A stretch of DNA of 63,869 nt, counting the filler, from Myxococcota bacterium (GTDB lineage Bacteria; Myxococcota_C; UBA6777): assembly GCA_023150835.1 (NCBI GenBank). It is 3 parts of 3 records of this genome, joined end to end, with 100 filler letters (N's around TTAATTAATTAA, not from the genome) between each part and the next. Parts side by side here need not be neighbours in the genome. Positions count along the whole stretch, not along the records: positions 1 to 27,325 come from JAKLKB010000124.1; 2 more parts are not named here. One strand, written 5' to 3'. Position 1 is the first letter of the stretch. Each line of letters opens with the position of its first letter. The notes under the pieces were generated by a model. The model was given only the letters and a program-made list of their open reading frames with translations. It was not told where the DNA came from and made no database searches. Positions 1 to 9,688 of this stretch are shown one piece after another. A program made the translations under genes and the position numbers.

Positions 1-67
1 AGCGTCTGCGCGTCGTGCATACAGCGTGTGTCATGAAAAAACAAAATCCCCGCTGCTTCCGACTTTC

Positions 68-108
68 GCTCCCTCCCCTGTTCACGGGGGAGGGCTGGGG
101 TGGGGGGG
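68..108. repeat. Palindromic REP-like element (CCCTCCCC-N-GGGGAGGG-N-GGGGTGGGG type); partial copy at 26936-26954
   Basis: Inverted repeat ctccctcccc-tgttcac-gggggaggg followed by ctggggtggggg; ctccctcccctgttcacgg recurs at 26936. Confidence 0.6.
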
Positions 109-134
109 CCAACAAGCGCTTAACCTAACGCCTA

Positions 135-257
135 TGGGGCGCTGCCCCAATCCCCGCAAGGGAACTTCGTCCCCTTGACCCCTGCGATGGCGAAGTGGTC
201 CGACACGTTCAAACCAACCGCTGTGTCGCTTGAAGTGCCACGAACACGGGGTTTTTA
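135..257 (-). repeat. Dispersed ~125-bp repeat family A, copy 1
   Basis: Reverse complement has AAAAACCCCGTGTTCG..CAAGCG..GTTGGTTTGAA..GGGGTCAAGGGG..CCCTTGCGGGG..TGGGG-CCCCA, shared with 9011, 16975 and 25262. Confidence 0.7.
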
Positions 258-317
258 TCAAGACAGGATTTTTTGCCAACGGCAGAAGTCCCAACATCCG
301 ATCCGTTCCTCATCCTC

Positions 318-2996
318 TCACAAACCATAGCGTCCAAGAAGGATCTGTTGTTCTCTGAAACGTTGGGAAAAGACAGATTTTTTCTTGTCTTGTTCCACAA
401 CGCTCTCTTCCACAACGCTCTCTTCGACGATGCCCTCTTCCAAAGCACGCAACAAAGACAGCCATCCGATCTCAGCCTGCGATGTTTCGGCCCAATCCAT
501 CAGCAACACATCCACCGCCTCCAGCGAACAAGACGAAGGGATCGCCATATACGCATAAATTCCCAAGAGTTCTTGCACATCCTCTTCGGCGGCTTCGTCA
601 TCTTCGCTGTCGTCGTCTGTTTCGTCCGTTGCTTCGTCCTCTTGGCTGTCGCCGTCTGTTTCGTCCGTTGCTTCGTCCTCTTGGCTGCCGCCGTCTGTTT
701 GGTCCTTTGCTTCGTCCTCTTGGCTGTCGCCGTCTATTTCGTCCGTTGCTTCGTCCTCTTGGCTGTCGCCGTCTGTTTCGTCCTTTGCTTCGTCCTCGGC
801 TTCGTCTGGTTGGTTTTGCAGGTGAAGAGTGAATTGTGCATCGCTGCGCTGTTGGAAAGCGACGCCCAAGGTACCGAGGCGTTCGCGCAGTTCTGCGATA
901 GCCACCTCGCCGGGATGAACGCCTTCGATCTCAAAGACCCGATAGTCGGCTTGTTTGGCAACAGCATCCACCCGAAACAACGGAATAACACCGCCTGTTG
1001 GATTTTCTTCTTCCTCGCGCAAAGCGCCAAGGTTCAACGGAGGCATCACAAAGGTCACGATATCCTCGAAGTGTTGGGGATCTCCCAACATCGCCATCTC
1101 CACGATGGACGCCGTGACGGGGCCGATCCGCATCGCTACATACGTATGGCCTTCTTCGGGAAACAACACGCGACACAACCCCGCTTCTCCCCAGAACAAC
1201 CCGATTTCCGCAGGCACGTCAAATCCCAAGCGCTCGGCAGCTTCGCGCACCACTTCCCAACGCTCAAGCCGTGTCCCCACCAACACCCGCTCCCAATCGG
1301 CTTCTTCGGAACCTTCGGTAGATTCGGAGGATTCGGTATCGTCTGCCGTCGCGAATTTTTCGGATGCCTCGACCGCTTCGGATGTCTCGGGATTGGAGCT
1401 TGCGGCTCGTGCTTGCCGCGCCTGCCATGCTTCCAAGACAGCCAAGGCTTCTTCTAATTGGCCATCCTCGCGCAACAGCCCGACCAGCCACAGCGCAGAA
1501 TCCGCACGCCAATGTTTTTCGAGTGATTCTCGTAAGGCTCGGATGGCAACTTGCTTCTCGCCCTTTCTTTCGGCGAATCGCGCACGATACCATGCCAAAC
1601 CTGAAACGACCTCGTTTTCGCTTGATTCGGAATAACGTTGACACAAGGCAATAAACGCTGATTCATCGGGCTTTTCAAACATCCGATGTGCCAGCGCCAA
1701 GACACCGCGTGGATCTTGTGGATGCTTTCGTTCGTAGGCTTCCAAAGCCTCCTGCGCTCGGGCAAACAGATGAAAGCGTTCCCAGATCGTACACATCGCA
1801 TCCAAAAGAGACCAATCTTCGGGAAAAGACGAATAGACCCGCGCCAAACGCTCGGAGGCGATCTTCTCTCCGCGTGTCGCATCCGCCAAAAGAGCCGCTC
1901 TTTCGGCCTCTCCACACGGCTGCTCTTCAGCCTGCCGCTGCTGGACTTCGGCCAGAAAAGCACTCACCTCGTGATCCGCCCCCAACAACGCGGCCAGCTC
2001 AGGCAACATCGCTTCGGCATCTTCGCCCACTTGTCTTGCGATCAGCAGATGTCCAACGCGCAACAACAAGCGGCCCGCCCACAAAGCCAGCCGCAGCGCC
2101 TCCCGCATCACCCCTTGCAAAGCAAGCTGCTTGTACGCACGGATCAAATAAGAGGCCGCAGGTTCGGCGCTCTCCCAAGCATCCGCCTCCACCAGCCGAT
2201 ACAACACCTCACACCAAGCCGTATAATCCGCGCATGTCCCCTCCACTTCTTCCCACGCGGGAAAGACCTCAAGGGCTTGCTCAAATCTCCCCATATACGC
2301 CAGTATTCGGGCTTGATCGATATTCTTTGACAACACATACCCATCGCCTGCCGCTTCGTGCTCCGCCTCTGTGTTGAAGGCCAGAGCTTCTTCCAGACGC
2401 CCTAATGCCAACAACGCCCGCACGATCGTCCCACGCAAACTGTCCCGCGTCTGGTTCTTTCCTGTCTGCTGGATCGCCAAAACCTGCTCGTCCATAAATC
2501 GCAACGCTTCTTCAAATCGACCCATATCGTTCAAAGCATCGGCATATTCGCTACTAATACAACGCCAACACGGCCAAGCAGGAGTGATCTGCGACAAGGT
2601 TTCTTCACAAACCTTTAACCGCTCCTGCGCATACCCCGGTCCATCCGCCTTTCCATACGCCACACAAAGATCTTGCGCGACACATACCGTCTGTGGGCAC
2701 TCTTTCGTATCTTCTCGATGCGACCGCTCTAACAAGTCGATCGCATCGGGAAGTGATTCACGCACCATCGAACGCCGCAAGATCCGACTTTGCAACAACC
2801 AATGGCGGAAAAACACTTCTAACCAAGGTTGACGCGCTTGCGCCGCCAAGGCCATCGCTTCGGGATACAAGGCTTCGACTTGTTCGTGTTGATTGTCCAC
2901 CACAAATCCCGCGAAACGATACAGCATCCACGCCAAACGCGGGCGCTCTTTCAGCGCACTTCGCACGGCATCTGTGACCCAACTCCAAATATCCAT
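318..2996 (-). CDS. Large TPR-repeat protein with acidic repeat near the C-terminus
   Basis: ATG at 2996 (MDIWSW...) with AAGGAG RBS; helical A/L/E/R-rich TPR-like repeats; the ORF-track N-terminal extension looks non-coding. Confidence 0.8.
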   Translation of the reverse strand: MDIWSWVTDAVRSALKERPRLAWMLYRFAGFVVDNQHEQVEALYPEAMALAAQARQPWLEVFFRHWLLQSRILRRSMVRESLPDAIDLLERSHREDTKECPQTVCVAQDLCVAYGKADGPGYAQERLKVCEETLSQITPAWPCWRCISSEYADALNDMGRFEEALRFMDEQVLAIQQTGKNQTRDSLRGTIVRALLALGRLEEALAFNTEAEHEAAGDGYVLSKNIDQARILAYMGRFEQALEVFPAWEEVEGTCADYTAWCEVLYRLVEADAWESAEPAASYLIRAYKQLALQGVMREALRLALWAGRLLLRVGHLLIARQVGEDAEAMLPELAALLGADHEVSAFLAEVQQRQAEEQPCGEAERAALLADATRGEKIASERLARVYSSFPEDWSLLDAMCTIWERFHLFARAQEALEAYERKHPQDPRGVLALAHRMFEKPDESAFIALCQRYSESSENEVVSGLAWYRARFAERKGEKQVAIRALRESLEKHWRADSALWLVGLLREDGQLEEALAVLEAWQARQARAASSNPETSEAVEASEKFATADDTESSESTEGSEEADWERVLVGTRLERWEVVREAAERLGFDVPAEIGLFWGEAGLCRVLFPEEGHTYVAMRIGPVTASIVEMAMLGDPQHFEDIVTFVMPPLNLGALREEEENPTGGVIPLFRVDAVAKQADYRVFEIEGVHPGEVAIAELRERLGTLGVAFQQRSDAQFTLHLQNQPDEAEDEAKDETDGDSQEDEATDEIDGDSQEDEAKDQTDGGSQEDEATDETDGDSQEDEATDETDDDSEDDEAAEEDVQELLGIYAYMAIPSSCSLEAVDVLLMDWAETSQAEIGWLSLLRALEEGIVEESVVEESVVEQDKKKSVFSQRFREQQILLGRYGL
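592..798 (-). repeat. In-frame 39-bp tandem repeat (DEATDETDGDSQE, ~5 copies)
   Basis: gcttcgtcctcttggctgtcgccgtctgtttcgtccgtt repeated with few changes. Confidence 0.85.
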
Positions 2997-3558
2997 CCAC
3001 TCGCTCCTTTCTTGATGATCTCGTCCGCTTGCTACAGTCTTCCGTTTGCTGCGAGGCACTCTACCACGTTGTTCTCGTCCGTTTGTTGCGGTCTCCAGCT
3101 TTCTGCGAGGCACTCTACCACGCTTTGTTGCCTTGTGCTTCGGATTTTCTTTCACAAACCACCGACTACACTTACAACGGGCAGAACGTGTGGATGCTCG
3201 AAGTTCTATGCCCTTGTGCAAGCAAGACACCAACGGCCCTTGCGACGGGCAGCGCATGGAAAGGTTCGCAGCGCCATGCCCTTGCGCAAGACGCCGACGA
3301 CACGGAACCTTCCTCTCGGGTCGCTCCGCCGCCGATGGCCTTCCGTGGTTGACAAATCCATCAAAATCGGTGGAATAAGGCGACGTGCGATCTCCGAGGC
3401 GCTTGTTTTGCCCTTTTCCCACAACAAGCCAGCCCCCAAATACAGGAGACTCCGCGCTGTTTGACAACACGAAAGGCTCCGCAGCACCTGAGAAACACCC
3501 GCTGGAGACTCTCCACCCCGCGATGGGCTTCGGCACAACAAGGCACAATAAAAAGATC

Positions 3559-6270
3559 ATGACGTATTACGAAGACGATGCCAGCAGCGAGGCTCGGGCG
3601 ATCCACCCCGGCGATCTTCTCGGTTCCTACAGAGTGATCGCACGAAAAGGAGGAGGCGCACACGGGACCGTCTACCAAGTCGAACACGTGATCCTTGGCA
3701 AACGCTTCGCCCTCAAACAACTCCAAGCCTCCGTCGCACAAAGCGAAAACATCGAGCAACGCTTCCTGCGCGAAGCCCGCTTGCTCGCCATGCTCGAACA
3801 TCCCAACATCGTCCAGATCGTCGACTGCCAACGCGACCCACAATACGGCCTTTTCCTCGTCCTCGAATGGCTCCACGGCTGCACCCTCGAAGACGCCCTC
3901 AAACGCGGTCGCCTGACAGGCCGCGAAGTCCGCGTCATCTTTCGACAACTTTGTTGGGCGCTCGAACTGGCCCAGTCCTACGGCATCGTCCACCGCGATA
4001 TCAAACCCGCCAACATCTTTCTGCAAAAACACTTCAATGCCTTTCGCATCAAGCTGATGGACTTTGGCGTCTCCACAGCATCGGGCGGTGGAACAGGCGA
4101 ACTCACCATGGCCGGGCAGATGCTTGGTAGCGCACCTTATATGCCGCCCGAACAAGTACGCGGTGATATCGCTTCCATCGACGGACGCTCTGATATCTAT
4201 AGCTGCGGCATCTTGCTTGCCGAAACCCTCACGGGAAAGCCCCCATTCACCGGCCCGATGCCCAGTCTACTCTTTAAACACCTTCAAGATCCCCCCCCTC
4301 CACTCCGCCAACTTGCCCCAGACATCCGATGGAATGACAACCTCGAAGCCATCTACCAAAAAGCACTCGCCAAAACCAACGACCAGCGCTTCTCCACTCC
4401 CCTCGAATTTTGGTTCGCACTCCGCGAAGCCCTCGTCGGTTCCGCCCTCGGACAAGGAACCATCGAAGATGGCGTGGTCATGCGCACCCTCAACGATATC
4501 TTCCAAAAAACCGACGACGCCCAAGCCAAACGACAACTCCACGCCAGCTATTTCTGGGGCGACAACGAGATCAGCGACGAACCCTCCGAACACGTCTCTC
4601 CTTCCTCCGCTGATCTGATCTCCGTCGCCGCCGCCTTCCAGCCCAAAGAAGATCGCACTGGCGGCGACTTGGCCGCTCTCTCCAGCCAAGACGATCTGCC
4701 CACACACGGAACCCCGCTTGCTCTCAAGCAACACACCACATCCACCACCGCCCACGACCAAGATCACCTCACACCACCTCCTCCTCCACCCCTACCGCCT
4801 CACTTGCTCTCTCAACACATCTCTTCGGGATCTTCCTCCTTTGTGCCGCTCCCCGATCCCTCCGATTCTTTTCCTCAACCCTCCGCCCAACACACCTCTT
4901 CCTCCTTCGCCCCTCTCCAAGATCCCCAACACACCTCTTCTTCCTTCGCCCCTCTCCAAGATCCCCAACACACCTCTTCTTCCTTCGCCCCTCTCCAAGA
5001 TCCCCAACGCAACGCCCCCTTCCCACAACAACCCGTTGCGCAGCGCAATCCCGCCGCCTTCGCAAGAGCCTCCCAACCTTCTCCCTCCTCCCTTTCTTCT
5101 GCTCCACAAACGCCCCAACAAGGCAACGCTCCCTTTTACAATGCCCATCCGCCCACCACTCCCGCCCCTACGCCCCATGCAGCGGCCTTTCATCCCTCCG
5201 CCGCTTCCTTTCAAGAAACCGTCCCCCATTACGTCGGCGCAACCCCTCCCCACGAACAACGAACCCAAGCCTCCGCACCTCTTCACAACCCGCCCGCTCC
5301 CCCCAACCCACAAGCCGCCAAGCGATCTTCTTATAGCAGCGCACAAGATCGCCCTGCTCCTGCTCCTGCTCCCTCCCCCACCCGATCCGCTCCATCCTCT
5401 CAAAACGACGGATACAACGTGCCACAAGCGCGCACCGGCACACACAACATCCCTCCGTCTCCTCAAGCCCAAACAGACACGCTCCACAGACCCCACACGG
5501 GAGAGTTCCGCCCTCCTCATCACTCCCCCCAACACGCTCAGCGCACGACCACGCCCCCCCAGATCCAAACCTACCCGCCCCAAGCTCCCACAGCTTACAC
5601 TTATCCTCCCCAATCTCTTACAGCCTCCTCCACATCACATCAGACAGGCTCTCATCCCCCTCTTCCCACTTACGCACCAGCACATCACACAGGCTCTTAT
5701 CCTCCTGCTTCGGCCTCTCCACAAGCACACCACACAGGCTCTTATCCTCCTGCTTCGGCCTCTCCACAAGCACATCACACAGGCTCTTATCCTCCTGCTT
5801 CGGCCTCTCACACAGGCTCTTATCCTCCTGCTTCGGCCTCTCCACAAGCACATCACACAGGCTCTTATCCTCCTGCTTCGGCCTCGATCAGGCCCGCTGC
5901 TGCGCAGCCTCCACCCAACCCCTTTGCCTTTCCCTCCGCGCCCCAAAGCAACCCGTATGCAGAGTCCGATGCGCTGCTCGCGGATCTCGTCGATGAATCC
6001 GACTATTACGACGATAACGAAGACGAAGGCGATGCCACCATGCTCGCCCCACAAGGCGCAGAGATGCTTCCGCCTCCTCCGCCACGTCCTACACCACCCT
6101 CCGCCTATTCGCCAAAACCCGCTGCACCGCCGTTTTCGTCGCCTTCTGCCCAACCACGCCCCCGCGAAACAACGAGCAGTCCAGCCATCAAGCCGCCACC
6201 GCCACCGCCGCCTCCACCGCCTTCTTCGGCCATTTCTCGTGTTGGCGCACAAGACAAGAAAAAACCTTAA
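3559..6270 (+). CDS. Hanks-type Ser/Thr protein kinase with long Pro/Ser/His-rich C-terminus
   Basis: GGGAHGTVY, ALK, HRDIKPAN, DFG, YMPPE, DIYSCG motifs; start taken at ATG 3559. Confidence 0.92.
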   Translation: MTYYEDDASSEARAIHPGDLLGSYRVIARKGGGAHGTVYQVEHVILGKRFALKQLQASVAQSENIEQRFLREARLLAMLEHPNIVQIVDCQRDPQYGLFLVLEWLHGCTLEDALKRGRLTGREVRVIFRQLCWALELAQSYGIVHRDIKPANIFLQKHFNAFRIKLMDFGVSTASGGGTGELTMAGQMLGSAPYMPPEQVRGDIASIDGRSDIYSCGILLAETLTGKPPFTGPMPSLLFKHLQDPPPPLRQLAPDIRWNDNLEAIYQKALAKTNDQRFSTPLEFWFALREALVGSALGQGTIEDGVVMRTLNDIFQKTDDAQAKRQLHASYFWGDNEISDEPSEHVSPSSADLISVAAAFQPKEDRTGGDLAALSSQDDLPTHGTPLALKQHTTSTTAHDQDHLTPPPPPPLPPHLLSQHISSGSSSFVPLPDPSDSFPQPSAQHTSSSFAPLQDPQHTSSSFAPLQDPQHTSSSFAPLQDPQRNAPFPQQPVAQRNPAAFARASQPSPSSLSSAPQTPQQGNAPFYNAHPPTTPAPTPHAAAFHPSAASFQETVPHYVGATPPHEQRTQASAPLHNPPAPPNPQAAKRSSYSSAQDRPAPAPAPSPTRSAPSSQNDGYNVPQARTGTHNIPPSPQAQTDTLHRPHTGEFRPPHHSPQHAQRTTTPPQIQTYPPQAPTAYTYPPQSLTASSTSHQTGSHPPLPTYAPAHHTGSYPPASASPQAHHTGSYPPASASPQAHHTGSYPPASASHTGSYPPASASPQAHHTGSYPPASASIRPAAAQPPPNPFAFPSAPQSNPYAESDALLADLVDESDYYDDNEDEGDATMLAPQGAEMLPPPPPRPTPPSAYSPKPAAPPFSSPSAQPRPRETTSSPAIKPPPPPPPPPPSSAISRVGAQDKKKP
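4888..5007 (+). repeat. In-frame 39-bp repeat x3 (QHTSSSFAPLQDP)
   Basis: Direct tandem copies visible in DNA and protein. Confidence 0.85.
5683..5886 (+). repeat. In-frame 45-bp repeat x~5 (HHTGSYPPASASPQA, one shortened)
   Basis: Direct tandem copies visible in DNA and protein. Confidence 0.85.
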
Positions 6271-6284
6271 AATAAGGACCGATC

Positions 6285-7322
6285 ATGTTGCGTTGGCTCG
6301 CGCTCTGCTCTCTTGCCTTCTTGTTGTCTTCTTCTTGGATGGCTTGCCACAACTCTCCTTCTCTCCCGACGGGAGAACTGATCATCCTCCCCGATAGCCC
6401 GCCATCTCCAGAAAGAAACACCGAAACCACCACTCCCCCAGACACCACAGCGCCCGAGAGCACAGACGCTTCCGACCCGCACGAACAACTCCCCCCCGAT
6501 CCACCCTCTCCCGAAAAACTTGCCCCTGAATCTGTCGTCGAGATCATCCCCGAACCACAACCCGAACCACAACCCGAACCCCTTGCGGAGCCTTTGCCTG
6601 AGATCACCCCCGAACCTACCCCCGAACCTACCCCCACCAGTTTCACTTTCCTTTATATCGGTGACTCCCAATCTTCGGGAACAAAGTTCGCGCAGACCAT
6701 GATCGACGCGCTGCGCAATCCCGCCAAGTATTGCCCCCAACCCCGCTCCCAAAACAACACCGTCTTTTCTTATACCCTCGTTTCCTCTGCTGCTCGCCAT
6801 TGGTCCGAGATTTCGGGTTCTTCCAAAGATTGGCTCTGTGCTGCCGCGCTGATCTACACCAACGGAACAGCCCCCAAAAATACCGATGGTCCGACGATCT
6901 GCGCGGGCATCACCAACCAAAGCAAATCGGCCTTTCAACGCCGCATCGAAGTCCACAAACCCAACGCTTTTTTGATCCAACTCGGAGCCAATAGCATCGG
7001 CTTCTCCGAAAGCTACGTCAAAAGCCGCATCCAACGTATGCTCGATCAAATGCCCCAATCCAGCCTGTGCTTTTGGGTCACACCCACCTACTCTCCCACC
7101 TCACAGCTCCAAAACCGCCGCGACATGGAGCGCTGGACTCGCGAAGTCTTTCAACAAAACTCCCGCGTCCTTTGCCACATCCTTCCCTCCATCGACGAGA
7201 TCTCCAAACAAACCACCTGCAATCCCTTTCACACCAGCGACGGCATCCACATGACCACCTGCGGCTCCCAACTCTGGGCCCAAGTCATCCTCTCCAAACT
7301 CTGCCCTCTTCAAAAACTCTGA
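6285..7322 (+). CDS. Secreted/lipoprotein SGNH/GDSL hydrolase with PE-rich linker
   Basis: Signal peptide ending ..MAC; block I YIGDS, block III LGAN, block V DGIH. Confidence 0.8.
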   Translation: MLRWLALCSLAFLLSSSWMACHNSPSLPTGELIILPDSPPSPERNTETTTPPDTTAPESTDASDPHEQLPPDPPSPEKLAPESVVEIIPEPQPEPQPEPLAEPLPEITPEPTPEPTPTSFTFLYIGDSQSSGTKFAQTMIDALRNPAKYCPQPRSQNNTVFSYTLVSSAARHWSEISGSSKDWLCAAALIYTNGTAPKNTDGPTICAGITNQSKSAFQRRIEVHKPNAFLIQLGANSIGFSESYVKSRIQRMLDQMPQSSLCFWVTPTYSPTSQLQNRRDMERWTREVFQQNSRVLCHILPSIDEISKQTTCNPFHTSDGIHMTTCGSQLWAQVILSKLCPLQKL

Positions 7323-7345
7323 TGTTTTATGGAATGTGTCTTCCA

Positions 7346-8021
7346 TCAAGAGTCCTCCCCAAGAGCACCATCCCATCCGAACAAACGCGCACACGCAAGG
7401 ATATGCTTCTTGGTCGTGTCTTTCGCTCTGGTTGTTTGAGTTGACTGAATCAACCCATCTAAAAATCGCTCCAAATAACCCTTCGGAGCAAGGGAAACCA
7501 ACGTATCCACCAGTGCGTGCAAACGAAGAGGCATCAAATCAAACCCACGCGCAGACCAATCTTCGACGACCGCCCGTTTTTCTTTTTCCTCGCCTTGAAA
7601 CGAAGCTCTTGGGCCTTCGACAAAAAGAAGAGCATCGAACGGTAACAGCGCGACCTTTTTGGCCGCGTGTTCCATGTCTGCTTTTGTGTAAACTTTGTCT
7701 TTTACTTCTATCGTATAAAGCAGAGATGTTCCATCATACACATCGATGTCACTGGTTTCTTTTGAAGAAGCACCACTTTGGTTTGTAGGATGTACTTGGA
7801 CAGAAAAACCTTCACCGTACAGCGGGGCGAGCATCGACATCAACGATCCCACAACCAAAACGCACGTCTCGCCCTGATGGGATTCTTATATGTTCCCCCA
7901 GAATTATTTCTGAGACCTCGTCTATAAAACGTGAAGAATATGCGTAAAAATCATCGCTTGCTTTTTCAAAAGCCTGTTCCAATATACCGCGAGCAAAACA
8001 GAAATCGACTTTTTGACTCAC
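7346..8021 (-). pseudogene. SacI-family type II restriction endonuclease, internally deleted and frameshifted (junction ~7885)
   Basis: N-terminal fragment ends ..IILGEHI, then another frame resumes ESHQGETC..VHPTNQSGASSKETSDIDV..IEVKD (PD-(D/E)xK); lies directly after an MTase; AT-richer than flanks. Confidence 0.7.
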
Positions 8022-8024
8022 GCT

Positions 8025-8754
8025 TTATGCTTCCCTCAAATGGATCCAGTCCAACAAAGGCATCTGGCTGCGAGAAAGAAGTTCTTCCGACGCGCTCTTT
8101 GTGAAGAGAGTGGGTGGTTGCGAGACTTGAAGCAAAGATCGCTTTAAGGCAAGTCCCACAGCTTTTGCAAGAAGCGGAGGAACCGCATTTCCGATCTGCC
8201 GATAGATAGAACTTTTCGCGCCCAAAAAACGGAAGGTATCGGGAAAAGACTGTATCCGTGCAGATTCTCGTGCGGTGAGCCGCCGAACACCTTCGACTTC
8301 ACCGACACGCGGCTGGCCTCCATCCATCAACGTAGTCCAAAGATTGAAACATACGAACGACGGAAGAAGTGTAGGTTTTGTGCTTTGTGGTTAACAAGCC
8401 CGGCACATTTTCCATCAAAAAGGACTTCGGGCGAGTCTCCCGCACAACCCGCACGAACGCAGGAACCATATCCCGAGGGTCGTTTTCGGCAAGCTGCTCA
8501 CCTGCGACGGAGAAAGGTTGACAGGGTGGCCCTCCCGCGACCAAATCGATCCCTTTGTAACCAGAAAAGCAGACCTCTCGAACATCTTTTTCAAGAAACA
8601 TCGTACTCGGAAAATTATGACGATACGTTGCGGACGCCGCTGCGTTTTGCTCGACCGCAAGCTCGACGTTCCAACCCGCCCAGTGCAATCCCAAAGATAA
8701 ACCACCCGCCCCACAGAAAAGATCGACGGCTTTGTATTCAGGTGACTGGCCCAT
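8025..8754 (-). pseudogene. C5-cytosine DNA methyltransferase, internally deleted and frameshifted (junction ~8330)
   Basis: Motifs I (DLFCGAGG), IV (GGPPCQPFS), VI (ENVPGL), VII (LDY) in one frame; IX (RRLTARESARIQSFPD) and X (QIGNAVPP) in another; motif VIII and TRD missing. Confidence 0.85.
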
Positions 8755-9010
8755 CCGACTCCCACATTCGTTGCTGTTCCCAACCAAACCAGCGAAAAAA
8801 CGCAATCCTCGTGCATAACCGCCCCCTCCACCGAAGTCAAGCAGCCCCAAAGGTCCCCAAGAACACACAGACCCCACCTCGCAAAAGAACTCTCCATACA
8901 AAGCACAAGACAAACTCGCCCGTTGACAAGAGAGCGCCTTCGCGTTTAGCCAAGAGCCTCGCGAACTTGTCGATCCTTCGTTGAAAGCAGGACGGGTGTG
9001 GTATGTTGCC

Positions 9011-9133
9011 AAAAACCCCCGTGTTCGGGCCAATCCAAGCGGTGCCTCTGTTGGTTTGAAAAATATCCGTTCAGCCCGTCGATACGGGGTCAAGAGGGCT
9101 TCGCCCTCTCGCGGTGTGTGGGTTGGAGTCCCA
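9011..9133 (+). repeat. Dispersed ~125-bp repeat family A, copy 2
   Basis: aaaaacccccgtgttcg..caagcg..gttggtttgaa..ggggtcaagagggcttcgccctctcgcgg..tggg..ccca. Confidence 0.7.
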
Positions 9134-9172
9134 TACAAACCATCCAGCCAATCAGTCCTATAGGAGAAAAAC

Positions 9173-9553
9173 ATGAGCGCTTTAAACAAGCGTAGCGGGC
9201 AATGGCTTATTGCGACAGGCATCTTGCACAACGCGGTGGGCGTGTGGATGGGTTTTGATGTCCTCAAAAAGATCGCATGGAGCGGCTTTTTCAATGCAGT
9301 AGATCCACACTTTGATCGGATGGCGATCTTTTGGTTTTTGTTTTCAGGCTTTGCGATCATGATGTGGGGGCAACTTTTGTTGTCGATGGCAACGATCCCA
9401 CGTGGGTTTGCGTGGTCTCTTCTGGCCTTGTCCCTTGTCGGGATCGTGATGATGCCTGCTTCGGGTTTTTGGTTGGTACTGCCCCAAGCCCTTTGGATGC
9501 TGCGTCAAACCGCCGAACCACCGCAACCACCGCGTCGAGAAGATGCAGCCTGA
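9173..9553 (+). CDS. Small integral membrane protein (DUF6463-like)
   Basis: AGGAG RBS; GILH..G and FWFLFSG motifs; 3-4 TM segments. Confidence 0.75.
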   Translation: MSALNKRSGQWLIATGILHNAVGVWMGFDVLKKIAWSGFFNAVDPHFDRMAIFWFLFSGFAIMMWGQLLLSMATIPRGFAWSLLALSLVGIVMMPASGFWLVLPQALWMLRQTAEPPQPPRREDAA

Positions 9554-9688
9554 CAGGATCGAAGCGATATGTAGACAAACAGCGAGCCTCTTTGCAGGAG
9601 CAGGGTTTCGCGTTAAAGAAGCGGGTGCGAGAAGACCGCTCCAGAGGGGGGCGGTCCAAAGAGACTCTACGAGCAGAGCGGGAGATCG

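Noticed and set aside
2997-3560. N-terminal extensions in the ORF track (TPR to 3560, MTase to 9360, thiolase to 35160, groES from 43643)
   Set aside because: Homology motifs and RBSs indicate downstream starts; the extensions cross promoters or repeats.
8300-8345. Programmed frameshift or split-subunit MTase
   Set aside because: No slippery sequence, and essential motif VIII plus the TRD are absent in all frames, so deletion fits better.
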